Origin: an uncultured bacterium
GTDB taxonomy: Bacteria; Babelota; Babeliae; Babelales; Babelaceae
Length of the DNA: 64,000 bases
Direction: 5' to 3'
Assembly: GCA_963713855.1 (NCBI GenBank)
Contig: OY970209.1
Location: 96,001 to 160,000, forward strand
Both the position numbers and the translations under genes were made by a program. Below the pieces are notes generated by a model. The model did not search any database. It was not told the DNA's origin and saw nothing but the letters and a program-made list of their open reading frames with translations. This document shows positions 1 through 10,111 of this stretch, piece by piece. The first letter of the stretch is position 1. Each line of letters opens with the position of its first letter.

Positions 1-127
1 GCTTTTTTAAGTGAAGCGCTCCGTTTTTTATGTTCTGCCCGCGGCGGCAAGCATGCTCTGAGTCCTACGTGGGCCATACTTAAAAAAGGCAGCCACGCAT
101 GGATAACTCATTCATAAAAAGCCTAGG

Positions 128-422
128 TAGCTTTCCCTAAATAGCTCAGTCAAAGAGAAATAGGCGCCTACGCGGCGAGCGCTCATAAGCCTGTACACAG
201 GCTTTATGACCCTTGACCCACTTCTTAAACTTTTTATGTGGGTTTAATATACCAGAAAGGGAACTCCCTTTCTGGTATATGTGCCATGAGATAGACCCGG
301 TAAACCGGGTCTATCTCATACACAATAAGCATGTAACACTCAAACAACAGGTGCAGGACAATGTCCTGCCGCGCGCCGAGTAGGCGTATTTTTCCCTCAT
401 TTTTATTTAGGCACAGAAGCTA
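128..422. repeat. Nested-palindrome element A (MITE/REPIN-like)
   Basis: Imperfect outer inverted repeats (128-133/417-422, 136-143/404-411, 155-181/370-394) enclose perfect 16-bp stems at 247-280 and 286-319 and further stems at 183-209 and 353-369. Confidence 0.8.
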
Positions 423-522
423 GACTTTTGATAATTATTGTTATTGCTCTATTTCTTGAAGCGACCTAGACAGAAAAGCTCTTTAGAGCTAAACTTCTTG
501 TCGTACAGGCGCAAAGGAAACG

Positions 523-1827
523 ATGGCAAAAATAGTAATTATTGGAGCTGGTCTTACAGGACTTTCGGTTGCTTATCATTTGGAACAAGAAGGTTTTTTT
601 GACTATGTCCTTTTAGAAAAAGAGCCAACCCCTGGCGGACTTTGTCGATCGGTTGTAGAGGACGGTTTTACCTTTGACTATACGGGCCACTTATTGCATA
701 TCAACGACCCCTATTTTGAGTTATTTATCAAAAAGCTTGTAAGCATTGAGCACTTTAATCATATTGTTCGCCGTTCTTTTATTTATTCTCAAGAGCGGTA
801 TACACGTTACCCCTATCAAAGTAATTTGTTTGGCTTACCTATAAAAACTATTGCAGAATGCATAGAAGGTTTTATACAAAGGCCACGAGCTAAAACGAAT
901 CCACGCTCTTTTTATGAGTGGGTGCGATGCTCATTTGGAAAAGGCTTTGGCAAGAATTTCTTTTTTCCCTACCAGCGAAAAATTTTTGATTATGATGTAA
1001 AAAAACTTTCTTCCTCATGGACAAGCCGATTTGTGCCTAAAACATCCCTTCACGAGATCATTGAAGGTTCTTTAAAAGATCAAGCTGACACTTCGGTTGG
1101 TTATAATGCACAGTTCTTGTACCCTAAAAAAGGTGGCATTTACAGTTGGATTCAAGAGATAGCCAAAAAATTGATTCAACCAATACACTATAATAAAGCA
1201 GTTAAAAAAATAGATCTTTTAGAAAAGCAAGTGCTCCTTCGTGATGGCTCTCGGCATACTTTTAAACACCTTGTAACTACGATGCCCCTTGACACCTTTT
1301 TAAACGCTTTAGTTGACAAAAGCTCGTCATCTTTTGGGTCTGCAGCTCGACCATTGCGCTGCACAACTGTTCTTAATTTCAATATAGGTGTCAAAAGAGA
1401 AAAACTGGAAAATATGCACTGGATATATTTTCCAGAAAGCATTTACCCATTTTACCGCATCGGCTTTACATCAAACTTTTCCGACGCCATGACCCCAGAA
1501 GGTTGTAGCTCGCTCTACGGCGAAGTTTCATTTTTAGCAAAACCACAATGGTATCAAAAAGATCGCTTAAAAGAATCACTTACTATGGCTAAAAAACTAT
1601 TCAAGATCGAGGAATCCGAAATTGTAACGGAAAAGATAATTCCTATAAACCACGCGTACGTAATCTACAATAGGTGGCGGGATACGCATCTTCCTATACT
1701 ATTACAACGATTAGAAAATGAACGGGTACATTCAATAGGGCGCTATGGAGCATGGAAGTATTCAAGCATGCAAGACGCGGTGCTTGATGGAAAATCATGC
1801 GCCTTAAAGCTCCTAGCACGTACCTGA
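523..1827 (+). CDS. FAD-dependent oxidoreductase (protoporphyrinogen oxidase/UDP-galactopyranose mutase-like)
   Basis: N-terminal GAGLTG dinucleotide motif, GGLCRS, FDYTGH, C-terminal GRYGAWKY; adjacent to a sugar epimerase. Confidence 0.75.
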   Translation: MAKIVIIGAGLTGLSVAYHLEQEGFFDYVLLEKEPTPGGLCRSVVEDGFTFDYTGHLLHINDPYFELFIKKLVSIEHFNHIVRRSFIYSQERYTRYPYQSNLFGLPIKTIAECIEGFIQRPRAKTNPRSFYEWVRCSFGKGFGKNFFFPYQRKIFDYDVKKLSSSWTSRFVPKTSLHEIIEGSLKDQADTSVGYNAQFLYPKKGGIYSWIQEIAKKLIQPIHYNKAVKKIDLLEKQVLLRDGSRHTFKHLVTTMPLDTFLNALVDKSSSSFGSAARPLRCTTVLNFNIGVKREKLENMHWIYFPESIYPFYRIGFTSNFSDAMTPEGCSSLYGEVSFLAKPQWYQKDRLKESLTMAKKLFKIEESEIVTEKIIPINHAYVIYNRWRDTHLPILLQRLENERVHSIGRYGAWKYSSMQDAVLDGKSCALKLLART

Positions 1828-1843
1828 GTAAAAGGAGACAGCA

Positions 1844-2815
1844 ATGGCACGCTCGTTATTAGAGCTTAGCAGAATTGGCATATCAGAGTATGAGCATTGG
1901 TCTTTACTTGCCAAATATTACAAAAATAGCGAAGTGCTTGTTACTGGCGGCGCAGGATTTATTGGCTCGCACGTGGTGAGTATTTTAGTAAAGCTTGGTG
2001 CACGTGTTACCATTCTTGACGATTTTTCCACTGGTTCATTGGCTAACGTCCAGTCTATACAAAATGCGCTAACTATTATTAACGGCAGTGTTACAGACTT
2101 TCAGAAATGCCTCGAGGCTTCACGGGGTAAAAAATATATTTTCCATCTTGCTGCAATTGTATCGGTTCCTGAGTCTTTTAATAATCCAGTAAAATGTAAT
2201 GCCGTCAACATTACGGGCACACTCAATATGCTCGAAGCTGCGCGCGTGCATAATGTACAAAGTTTCACTTTTACCTCCTCGTCATCTATTTATGGTAATC
2301 AAGAACGTATTTGCCAAGAGGAAGTTGCTGCAAATCCTACGTCACCCTACGGCTTTTCAAAACATCTTGGAGAACTATCTTGCCGCTATTACTCGGCCTA
2401 CCAAGGGCTTAAGACCGTTGTTTTACGTTACTTTAACGTATTTACCCATGGAAATACTGGACAATTAGGAAACGGTGTTATTGCTCAATTTAAAAAGCAA
2501 ATGGCGCTCAATGAACCAATTCTCATCTTTGGAAACGGTAAGCAGCGACGTGATTTCGTTCCCGTTGGAGCTGTGGCTCAAGCGACTTTGCTCTTAAATC
2601 TTCTTCCCCAAGAACACATCGGAGGCCAGAGCGTTAATATAGCTACTGGCACAAGCGCAACTATCTTAGACGTCTTTAATCAACTTCGCCTAGAATTTCC
2701 CTTTTACGACAAAGGTCCCGTCTATCAGCCCGCAAGGCCCGGAGACGTTTACGTATCGTTAGCAGATTGCACCAAATATAGAAACCTCGTCGAACTATGC
2801 AAACTCATTCTCTAG
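1844..2815 (+). CDS. NAD-dependent nucleotide-sugar epimerase/dehydratase (extended SDR)
   Basis: TGGAGFIG, HLAA, YGFSK (YxxxK), LRYFNV, RDFV motifs; SD AAGGAG upstream. Confidence 0.9.
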   Translation: MARSLLELSRIGISEYEHWSLLAKYYKNSEVLVTGGAGFIGSHVVSILVKLGARVTILDDFSTGSLANVQSIQNALTIINGSVTDFQKCLEASRGKKYIFHLAAIVSVPESFNNPVKCNAVNITGTLNMLEAARVHNVQSFTFTSSSSIYGNQERICQEEVAANPTSPYGFSKHLGELSCRYYSAYQGLKTVVLRYFNVFTHGNTGQLGNGVIAQFKKQMALNEPILIFGNGKQRRDFVPVGAVAQATLLLNLLPQEHIGGQSVNIATGTSATILDVFNQLRLEFPFYDKGPVYQPARPGDVYVSLADCTKYRNLVELCKLIL

Positions 2816-2991
2816 GCGTAGCTACTTGATGCATTCGAACGAATTGGTGATCACTAAATAAAAGAGTGCTTTTTGAAAAAGAGCTCTGAACCGAACACTG
2901 CGATGTTGCCGCAGGGTATAATTAGCTCTCACCATTCTTTTATGATATACTTCATCGTATACACTTACCTTTTAAATACACATTCACACCC

Positions 2992-4110
2992 ATGGCCAAA
3001 AAAGATTATTACGAAATACTAGGAGTAAGCCGCAGCGCTACGGCAGATGAGATTAAAGCGTCGTATCGAAAACTTGCTCTTAAGTATCATCCTGATCGAA
3101 ATCCAGATAACAAGGAAGCCGAAGAAAAGTTTAAGGAAGCAACTGAAGCTTATGAGGTTCTCTCCGATGCTCAAAAAAGAGCACAGTATGACCAATTTGG
3201 CACCGCAGCTACTGGATTTACCGGTGAGTCTGCTGCCAATATGGAAGATATTTTTGAAGGTTTAAGCGGCCTTTTTGGAGACTTTTTTGGCGGTGGACCA
3301 CAACGACGCAAAAAAAGGACAGGTCCAACACCTAAAAGGGGTCATGATCTTTCAAAAGATGTTACCATAACACTTGAAGAGGCCTACAAAGGCACTAAAA
3401 AAGACATTACCTATTACCACTTTATTACTTGCGAAGCATGTAAGGGTAAGGGTATGCCTGCAGGTGCTTCGGCAACAATTTGCCCTAACTGCCAGGGAAC
3501 TGGTCAAACCACAATACGAGATGGCTTTTTTGCGTACAGTCAAACATGCGCCATGTGTGGAGGCGAAGGGTTTACCATACCCAACCCTTGCTCTACTTGT
3601 AAGGGACAGTCACGTATACAGCAATACGAAACACTTTCTGTAGCAATACCTAAAGGAATCTATGACGAAGCCGATTTACGATTGGCTGGCAAGGGCGATG
3701 CAGGCGTATTTGGGGGACCACCCGGAGACCTGTATCTGCGCGTGCACATAGCACCGCACCCTTATTTTAAGCGTGTTGCTGATGATATTGAATGTACCAT
3801 GACACTGACGTACCCGCAGCTTGTACTTGGGGCTCAGATGGAGATCAAAAATATCGATGGCGCTTCAGAAGCCTTTAAAGTGCCAGCTGGAACCGCTGTT
3901 AATGATAAAATTGTGCTTCAAGGCAAAGGATTTCCTAAGCTTCGTGGAAAGGGGCATGGTAATTTGATTATTAGCGTAACCTGTGATATTCCTAAAAAAC
4001 TGACTGCTGAAGCGGAGCAAAAATTACGCGAATATGCTGAATTGATAGGCACTAAAACGGCAAGCAGCAAAAACTCTATAGCAGGCTTTTTTAAAAAATT
4101 TTTGGGCTAA
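2992..4110 (+). CDS. dnaJ: Chaperone DnaJ
   Basis: J domain with HPD, G/F-rich region, four CxxCxGxG-type repeats, C-terminal domain. Confidence 0.97.
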   Translation: MAKKDYYEILGVSRSATADEIKASYRKLALKYHPDRNPDNKEAEEKFKEATEAYEVLSDAQKRAQYDQFGTAATGFTGESAANMEDIFEGLSGLFGDFFGGGPQRRKKRTGPTPKRGHDLSKDVTITLEEAYKGTKKDITYYHFITCEACKGKGMPAGASATICPNCQGTGQTTIRDGFFAYSQTCAMCGGEGFTIPNPCSTCKGQSRIQQYETLSVAIPKGIYDEADLRLAGKGDAGVFGGPPGDLYLRVHIAPHPYFKRVADDIECTMTLTYPQLVLGAQMEIKNIDGASEAFKVPAGTAVNDKIVLQGKGFPKLRGKGHGNLIISVTCDIPKKLTAEAEQKLREYAELIGTKTASSKNSIAGFFKKFLG

Positions 4111-4136
4111 TTGACGCTGACGGAAAAAGGATACCA

Positions 4137-4559
4137 ATGGAGCACTTTATAAAAAGATTTATCTGTTCAAGCTCGTTACTTTTTGTAAGCATCGCAATCT
4201 TTTCACTCTATGCAAAAAATAGATCCTCCATAGATTATGAGACCACAGTCCCTGAGCTTTACTCCTTGAAAAATACCCTCGCCCAATTTTACGATAACTC
4301 AAGACAAAAGCTTGCCGAACTGTACGCAAAGGCATCAAGAACACGAACTACTATATGTCTTGAAACACATTACGAAAAGAAGCACTTTGACTGGGGCGTA
4401 TACAGAGAGCTCGAAGCAATCTCTTCAACATTAGAAGATATACAAAAGCGTTTTGAAGAGATCCAGCATGAAGTTAGGCAAGCGATGCAAACTCAATACC
4501 ATAACGAACCTGCAGCCGAACTTAAAAAAGAGGACCAAAGCTTTAAACCTAACGGTTAA
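4137..4559 (+). CDS. Hypothetical protein, N-terminal hydrophobic segment and helical/coiled-coil body
   Basis: SD AAGGA upstream; signal-like N-terminus; no recognisable domain. Confidence 0.65.
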   Translation: MEHFIKRFICSSSLLFVSIAIFSLYAKNRSSIDYETTVPELYSLKNTLAQFYDNSRQKLAELYAKASRTRTTICLETHYEKKHFDWGVYRELEAISSTLEDIQKRFEEIQHEVRQAMQTQYHNEPAAELKKEDQSFKPNG

Positions 4560-4697
4560 GTTCGGTTTTTAAACTGCTCCCCCACCCAAAGTCTTTAACT
4601 TTTAAGTCTGATTTTTATACATAAACCCCTAAATTAAACCTTGATTTTTCTGCGAAAAGAGTTCAATCTTAGTTTGATTTTTATGCACGATTTATGT

Positions 4698-5037
4698 ATG
4701 AAGCGAATTATAGATTATTTTCTTCTAGATTGGAAACACCGGGCAAACAGAAAACCTCTTATGGTTAGGGGAGCGCGACAAGTCGGAAAAACACATGCAG
4801 TTCGAGAACAAAGAGCAGGTAATTCCCATCGAGGTAAAAGCAGGGCCCAGTAAACGAATCAAAAGCATGCAAATATACCTTGACACCCACCCACATTCTC
4901 CTTACGGAATAAGGTTTTGGGCTTCTCAAAAGGAAATAAGTCAGAAAATAATTTCTTACCCCTTGTATGCTGTTATAAAGCCATTATGCGATAATAACAA
5001 GCACATGCTTCAGGCTATCCTACACCTTGCAGATTAA
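4698..5037 (+). pseudogene. Internally deleted AAA+ ATPase/DUF4143 gene remnant
   Basis: N-terminus MKRIID...RKPLMVRGARQVGKT (Walker A) is joined out of frame near 4805 to the family C-terminus EQVIPIEVKAG...YPLY; the whole middle is missing. Confidence 0.8.
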
Positions 5038-6131
5038 ACGTTCATACGTCTTTTTCTCATGCTTTTAACCGATGGGCCAATCTGGTTTTGCAAAGGCTGC
5101 AATGACTGTAACATATGGTAAAAAAACTCTTTATCTCCATTAGTTACAACTGCTTGCTCATGGGCTTCTGCAAGTGCTATTGGATATCCTTGTCCCTTAC
5201 ACGCCTGATCATAGACAATAGAGGTAACACTTTCCAAAAGCGCTGAGTCGAGAGCCACAAAAGCTGGTAACTCAACACGTGCTATCTCTTGGCCCGTATT
5301 AAGGTAATAAAAATAGGGTTCACTGCCTTTTGGATAGGAAGAACAGATGGGCGATTTGCTTTGAAAAAGCATAGATCGCATTCCTGGTTTTAAATAAAAA
5401 TGGGCTATGGCGGAGTCGCTTAAAGTGGCAAAATCGACAGCTTGACTCTGATGCGAAGCTACAGCTCTTAAAATGTTAACAAGGTCTCTACTTTTCGGAC
5501 AACTTATATAACCCACAAGTGGATACTTATTCTTGCAAAATTGATCCATCAAGCTAAACATGCCTTTTAGAAAATCAAGGGAAGGATTTGTAGCTTGTAG
5601 CGTAACAAGATGCCAAAAAATAAGAGAACCATCCACCATAAATAAGCAAGGATTTTTAGCCTTGTCAACAATGTTTTGCATCCACAAAAGGCCTGTACTG
5701 AGTTCTTTTTCACCTCGTTGCGCGTTCACTATTTCAGGGGTATATTCGCCTGAACCTTTTTCACCTTCAAACACAACGATCGGGTTAGAGTCGAATCTGA
5801 CTCTGCTTTCATACACGAGGTATTGAAGATGCACAATTCCCATGTTTAAAAGATAGCAGGAGGTTGCTTGATGCCTGTCAGGGTAGATCTGCGAACCGTC
5901 AACAGCAAGCACCTCATACCAAGATGGTTTTTCGATCCCTACGACAGCCCCCAAAAGCCCTTGCCACGAAGGACACGGTAGCCGTGAGCCTGAAACAACT
6001 GATTCAAGATCGATATTATATGCTGACTGATGCCAAAGTTCTTGCGCTAAAGCGTATTCGTTACTAACAATCTCTGATGCAGCCACATACCGCAATGATA
6101 GCTCTTTAATGATTTTAGTTCGATCTAACAT
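5034..6131 (-). CDS. nurA: NurA-domain nuclease
   Basis: LAVDGSQ, MVDGSL, GYIS, ARVELP and GYPIALAEAHEQA motifs of NurA; likely start MLDRTK at 6131. Confidence 0.85.
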   Translation of the reverse strand: MLDRTKIIKELSLRYVAASEIVSNEYALAQELWHQSAYNIDLESVVSGSRLPCPSWQGLLGAVVGIEKPSWYEVLAVDGSQIYPDRHQATSCYLLNMGIVHLQYLVYESRVRFDSNPIVVFEGEKGSGEYTPEIVNAQRGEKELSTGLLWMQNIVDKAKNPCLFMVDGSLIFWHLVTLQATNPSLDFLKGMFSLMDQFCKNKYPLVGYISCPKSRDLVNILRAVASHQSQAVDFATLSDSAIAHFYLKPGMRSMLFQSKSPICSSYPKGSEPYFYYLNTGQEIARVELPAFVALDSALLESVTSIVYDQACKGQGYPIALAEAHEQAVVTNGDKEFFYHMLQSLQPLQNQIGPSVKSMRKRRMNV

Positions 6132-6498
6132 AATTTCGTATACCTTGCTTAAGCGCATGAAGGGCAACTAAGGCACATTCGAGTCGATTAGGCCCCAAGG
6201 TACTATTTCCTAAGGCGCACAATTTCTCTGAAGTAAGACCTAGTAGAGAATCAATGTTTTTTCCGAGTGCATATTCAGCCAAAAGAGAAGCAAATGCCTG
6301 ACTTATAATGCAGCCCTTGCCCTCTTGACGTATATCCATCAAAACCCCCTCTTTAATAGAGCCACTCATACATACTACATCTCCACAGGCTTGATGGGTC
6401 AGCTCTACGACAAAATGAGCACGCTCCAGAACGCCGGATAAGCGAGGATTATGATAATGATCCATTAAAAGCGGGTTATAAAGAGAAATAATTGCCAT
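6115..6498 (-). CDS. Fe-S cluster scaffold/sulfur-transfer protein (SufU/NifU-N family)
   Basis: MDHYHNPR, CGD, GCIISQA, R..CA motifs (three Cys plus Asp). Confidence 0.88.
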   Translation of the reverse strand: MAIISLYNPLLMDHYHNPRLSGVLERAHFVVELTHQACGDVVCMSGSIKEGVLMDIRQEGKGCIISQAFASLLAEYALGKNIDSLLGLTSEKLCALGNSTLGPNRLECALVALHALKQGIRNYVRSN

Positions 6499-6683
6499 AG
6501 GTAAAGTTAAAAACAAACATTTTAAAGAGTATACATCAACCAAAGATTATAAAACAATCAAAAGAGAAAAAGCGCCGAATAAATACGCATACACAGTATA
6601 AATGGAACAGATTAGAAATTAAAGTTGTTTTTGAGCTTCGCACGGTATTATACTGACTCGTGTAAAAAAATAATATTATTTAA

Positions 6684-7583
6684 ATGGTAAAGATAGCCAT
6701 GAAAAATTGCCTAAAAAGCTTTAATCAGTTACTTTTTTTAGCCTACCTACTAAACCCGGTAACAGGATACCCTTTAGCGATTATCTGGGATTTAGGATAC
6801 ACCCTTCTAAAGCCCGATTCGCTCATGATAGCCAAAGTTATAGGGTATAATAATTGTTTGAGGATGTATCTTAAGCACGGAGACTTGACACAAGAATTGA
6901 TGGCTACAATACTGCGAGAAGCTCTCTGTCGTCCGGGCGAGAAAATAGACCCGTTTGGACCTTGTGACTTATCTGGTAAGCCGATGCCAAAACTTATGTG
7001 TGACTGGTTTGAAGGCAACCTTACTAATAAACAAGTTTTACACGAAGCACTACAGATGGCTAAAACCTACCGACATTTTAAAAGCCCTTTAGAAAAAGAG
7101 TGTTTTACAAAAATTATAACCTGGATGTTTACACCAAAGCTTCTTGCTGACAGCATGAAACCGATCAAAAGCATGGTCAGAGTGTTAAAAGCATGCGCCC
7201 AGGACCCAACTATTCAGCTTTACATACTTTCAAATTGGGACCCCGAGTCTTTCCTAGAAGTTTGCGATCTGCCTTCCACAAAAGCCGTTTTTAAACATTT
7301 TAAGCGCAAAAACATGTACATTTCGGGTCTTATTGGTTATATGAAACCCGATCCCCGTTTTTACAAATACCTACTCAAAGAAGCCCACCTTGACCCTAAA
7401 GAGAGCATTTTTGTAGACGACCAGGAGGAAAATATATGTGCAGCACGCCAATGCGGTATGCGAGCAATACATTATAAAGGTGACGCAGAAGAGGTTGAAA
7501 ATCAGCTTAAAAAATGGAAAGTATTACCTGGAACCCAGCTCGAAAAAAAGAAAAAGAGAGTAGGACAGGTAAAAGCAAGATGA
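6684..7583 (+). CDS. HAD-family phosphatase with signal-like N-terminus
   Basis: WDLGYTL (motif I), LSNW (II), KPD (III), FVDD (IV). Confidence 0.82.
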   Translation: MVKIAMKNCLKSFNQLLFLAYLLNPVTGYPLAIIWDLGYTLLKPDSLMIAKVIGYNNCLRMYLKHGDLTQELMATILREALCRPGEKIDPFGPCDLSGKPMPKLMCDWFEGNLTNKQVLHEALQMAKTYRHFKSPLEKECFTKIITWMFTPKLLADSMKPIKSMVRVLKACAQDPTIQLYILSNWDPESFLEVCDLPSTKAVFKHFKRKNMYISGLIGYMKPDPRFYKYLLKEAHLDPKESIFVDDQEENICAARQCGMRAIHYKGDAEEVENQLKKWKVLPGTQLEKKKKRVGQVKAR

Positions 7584-7622
7584 ACATTCAGGAATCTTGT
7601 AGCAATGTTCACCGATTATTTA

Positions 7623-7652
7623 TTGACAAATATTTATATTTAATGCTAGTAT
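7623..7652 (+). promoter_or_regulatory. Sigma70-type promoter for the 7705 ORF
   Basis: TTGACA-18 nt-TAGTAT with TG extension. Confidence 0.5.
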
Positions 7653-7704
7653 TGATCAAAAATATGCCGTAAGAAGCTTTCATCTTACTAGCAGGAAAAT
7701 GTAA

Positions 7705-8529
7705 ATGTGGTTTGTAAAAAAAGGTCTAATCTTACTAATGTGTTGTACACTCTACCAAGTGTCCATAAATCAAACCTTAACGGAAAACAATAATCAGGAT
7801 GCTACTGCGCTGCAAGCATATTATAAAAACCTCTACGGATTTACAGAGCCTTCAGAAAAAACAAGAAAAGTATTCGACGAAATCATGGCTCAATCGCCTA
7901 TACAAATACCTCTTTTAGAATACCCTTCAAATGAAAATGAAAACCATACACGCTCCTTAGGGCCAAGTCAATTACGGGTCATAGTCATGCCCAATCTGAG
8001 CACCCTTGAAAAAGAGCATTTAGACTATGAGATTTTTGCTCTCTATCGCGAGCTTAATAAAATTATAAACTGGAACGGCATTAGCCTCGTTGGTGGTGTT
8101 TTGGGATTTTTTGGATCGTTACTCACATTACCTATAATTATAAACGCATTTCCCCATATTAGGCATGATATTAAGCACGCTTACGATTTAGCCCAACTTC
8201 ACATCATTTCACCCCGAGCTCTTTGGCGCATTGCATCGCCACTTCTACTTATCGGAGCCTATATTCTTTCAGTAACAGTGAGTAGTGCAATTTATCTGCA
8301 GTTACTCTTTATGCAACCGATCGAAACGGGACTCGATATTAACGCTTGCAAGCAACTTATTGCGGACGGCAAAACAGACATCCTTGAAAATGCGATTACT
8401 TACCTTAAAAATCATAAACCACATGAAAAAGAGCGAATCAGAAAATTGCAATTTTGTAAAGACAACGTAACTTTACCTATGTGGCAGTGGAAAAAAGGTA
8501 TGATGATGAATCATTCTGATGCTCTATAG
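7705..8529 (+). CDS. Membrane protein, degenerate M48-peptidase-like
   Basis: Signal peptide, two TM segments; YRELNKII, ETGLDINA and KPHEKERI sit where M48 motifs HELGH, E..AD and THP...ER would be. Confidence 0.6.
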   Translation: MWFVKKGLILLMCCTLYQVSINQTLTENNNQDATALQAYYKNLYGFTEPSEKTRKVFDEIMAQSPIQIPLLEYPSNENENHTRSLGPSQLRVIVMPNLSTLEKEHLDYEIFALYRELNKIINWNGISLVGGVLGFFGSLLTLPIIINAFPHIRHDIKHAYDLAQLHIISPRALWRIASPLLLIGAYILSVTVSSAIYLQLLFMQPIETGLDINACKQLIADGKTDILENAITYLKNHKPHEKERIRKLQFCKDNVTLPMWQWKKGMMMNHSDAL

Positions 8530-8739
8530 GTTTAACCGCGAAAACACCCTACCAGCCACCACCTCGGCCGCTCGTTCAGCATTTGCTCATTGTGCTCAGT
8601 GCTCGATAGAGTGCTTTTTCTCGAACATAATCCCTCTATTTCAAAGGAAATTCTCTAGAGCTGTATATCTATTTTGTTGCAAAATAGGCAATAAAATCGC
8701 TATACTTATTATGATATTACTTTAAATCAAGAGGTCTGT

Positions 8740-9315
8740 ATGCGTAAAATCAATCATTTTTATGCATTTTCGTTGATGTGTTTTTCTATTTTTAACGTTC
8801 TTTCAGGTCAAGTTAAAGCTAATGTACTTGAAGAAAAAGCTGAAAAGCTACGTGCAGATCTTAATATTGAGAAATTAGTAAAGGACACATTTTATGAAAG
8901 TCTTTTAAAGGATTTAGCAACAGAGGTTAATAGATTTGATCAAATCCATAAGGTGGTTCTAGAATTACCAGAACAAGACGATGACTCCGATACCATTGTA
9001 ACCGACTCAGATGAATTTGAAGAAGAATTACTCAAGCTACAAATTAAGATTTTTAAGCTTGCCATCGAAGTTCAGGATACTATTAATGATATTAACAATG
9101 CACTGGCGGAACGAATAAATGATGCTGTTGAAAAAATAAAGAAACAACCTTCAAAATACGTGACTCGAGATGACATACGTGCTCTTGTTCAACCGATATA
9201 TTTTCAAGTATTTTCTCTTGATATAGAAGGGCTTCATCATCTTAATGACAACTTAGAAGCAGCAATTAATGAGTATAATGATGTAGCTAAAAAATACCAT
9301 CGGGACGAATTATAA
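8740..9315 (+). CDS. Secreted acidic coiled-coil hypothetical protein
   Basis: Signal-like N-terminus, SD GAGG, heptad-rich acidic sequence. Confidence 0.7.
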   Translation: MRKINHFYAFSLMCFSIFNVLSGQVKANVLEEKAEKLRADLNIEKLVKDTFYESLLKDLATEVNRFDQIHKVVLELPEQDDDSDTIVTDSDEFEEELLKLQIKIFKLAIEVQDTINDINNALAERINDAVEKIKKQPSKYVTRDDIRALVQPIYFQVFSLDIEGLHHLNDNLEAAINEYNDVAKKYHRDEL

Positions 9316-9358
9316 AAGAAGTTTTATTTGTTCCAATGCATTGCTCTAGGCGTAAAGA

Positions 9359-10111
9359 TCAAGTTTTGATTGCGCGAAAACAAATGACCGAACTTTCTTT
9401 AGTCGGTCTTTCCAGAGTATAATCTCCGTAGATTTTTATCTCTTTAAAGCCGGCTTGCTCTAACAGTACTGCAAGCTCATAAATACCATACCAGCGCCAA
9501 GTGGCAGCAGCTTGTTCAACTTTGACAAGCTCATTGTGCTTATAGTGCTCAAATCGATACAACGCTTTTCTAAGCTGATGGACAGGATCATGCTTTAAGC
9601 TTTCATACCAGGTTATTGATAGCCCGGGCTCCAAAGGAATACCTTCTGCACGCACCTGCAAAACACCATCTTTGGTACGCTCGTGCCATGGCACAAAGAG
9701 TGATATAAGTACCTGTCCACCTGGAAGAAGGTGCTCGTAAAAGCGCTTTAAAGCCTCCACTGCTTGATCATACTCTGATATAAGCATAAAAGATGCTGAG
9801 GGTATATAGATCGTCGCGTACTGCTTTTTAATTGCTAAAGTTTGCATGTACTGCTCATATAAAACGGGCTTAAAGCCGCTTTTTTGAGCTTTCTCGCGAC
9901 ATAATAAAAGCATTTCTTTTGAAGCATCAACACCTTCAACGTCATAACCCCCTTTTAAAAAGTGCACCAAAAACTGACCCGTTCCACAAGCAAGCTCTAA
10001 TGAAGTACCCGGTACTACATCAAAAAAAGAGCGATAAAAAGAAAGCTCCTCGCTTGATGGCTCGAACAAAGTGTCATACAGTTTTGCAAAAATACCCTCG
10101 TAAAGTGTCAC
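9359..10111 (-). CDS. Class I SAM-dependent methyltransferase
   Basis: LELACGTG motif I, GVDASKEML, HLLPGG. Confidence 0.9.
   Translation of the reverse strand: MTLYEGIFAKLYDTLFEPSSEELSFYRSFFDVVPGTSLELACGTGQFLVHFLKGGYDVEGVDASKEMLLLCREKAQKSGFKPVLYEQYMQTLAIKKQYATIYIPSASFMLISEYDQAVEALKRFYEHLLPGGQVLISLFVPWHERTKDGVLQVRAEGIPLEPGLSITWYESLKHDPVHQLRKALYRFEHYKHNELVKVEQAAATWRWYGIYELAVLLEQAGFKEIKIYGDYTLERPTKESSVICFRAIKT

Noticed and set aside
2846..2930. Possible CIRCE operator upstream of dnaJ (GAGTGCTTT, TTAGCTCTC half-sites)
   Set aside because: The half-sites are not arranged as TTAGCACTC-N9-GAGTGCTAA; spacing and order are wrong.
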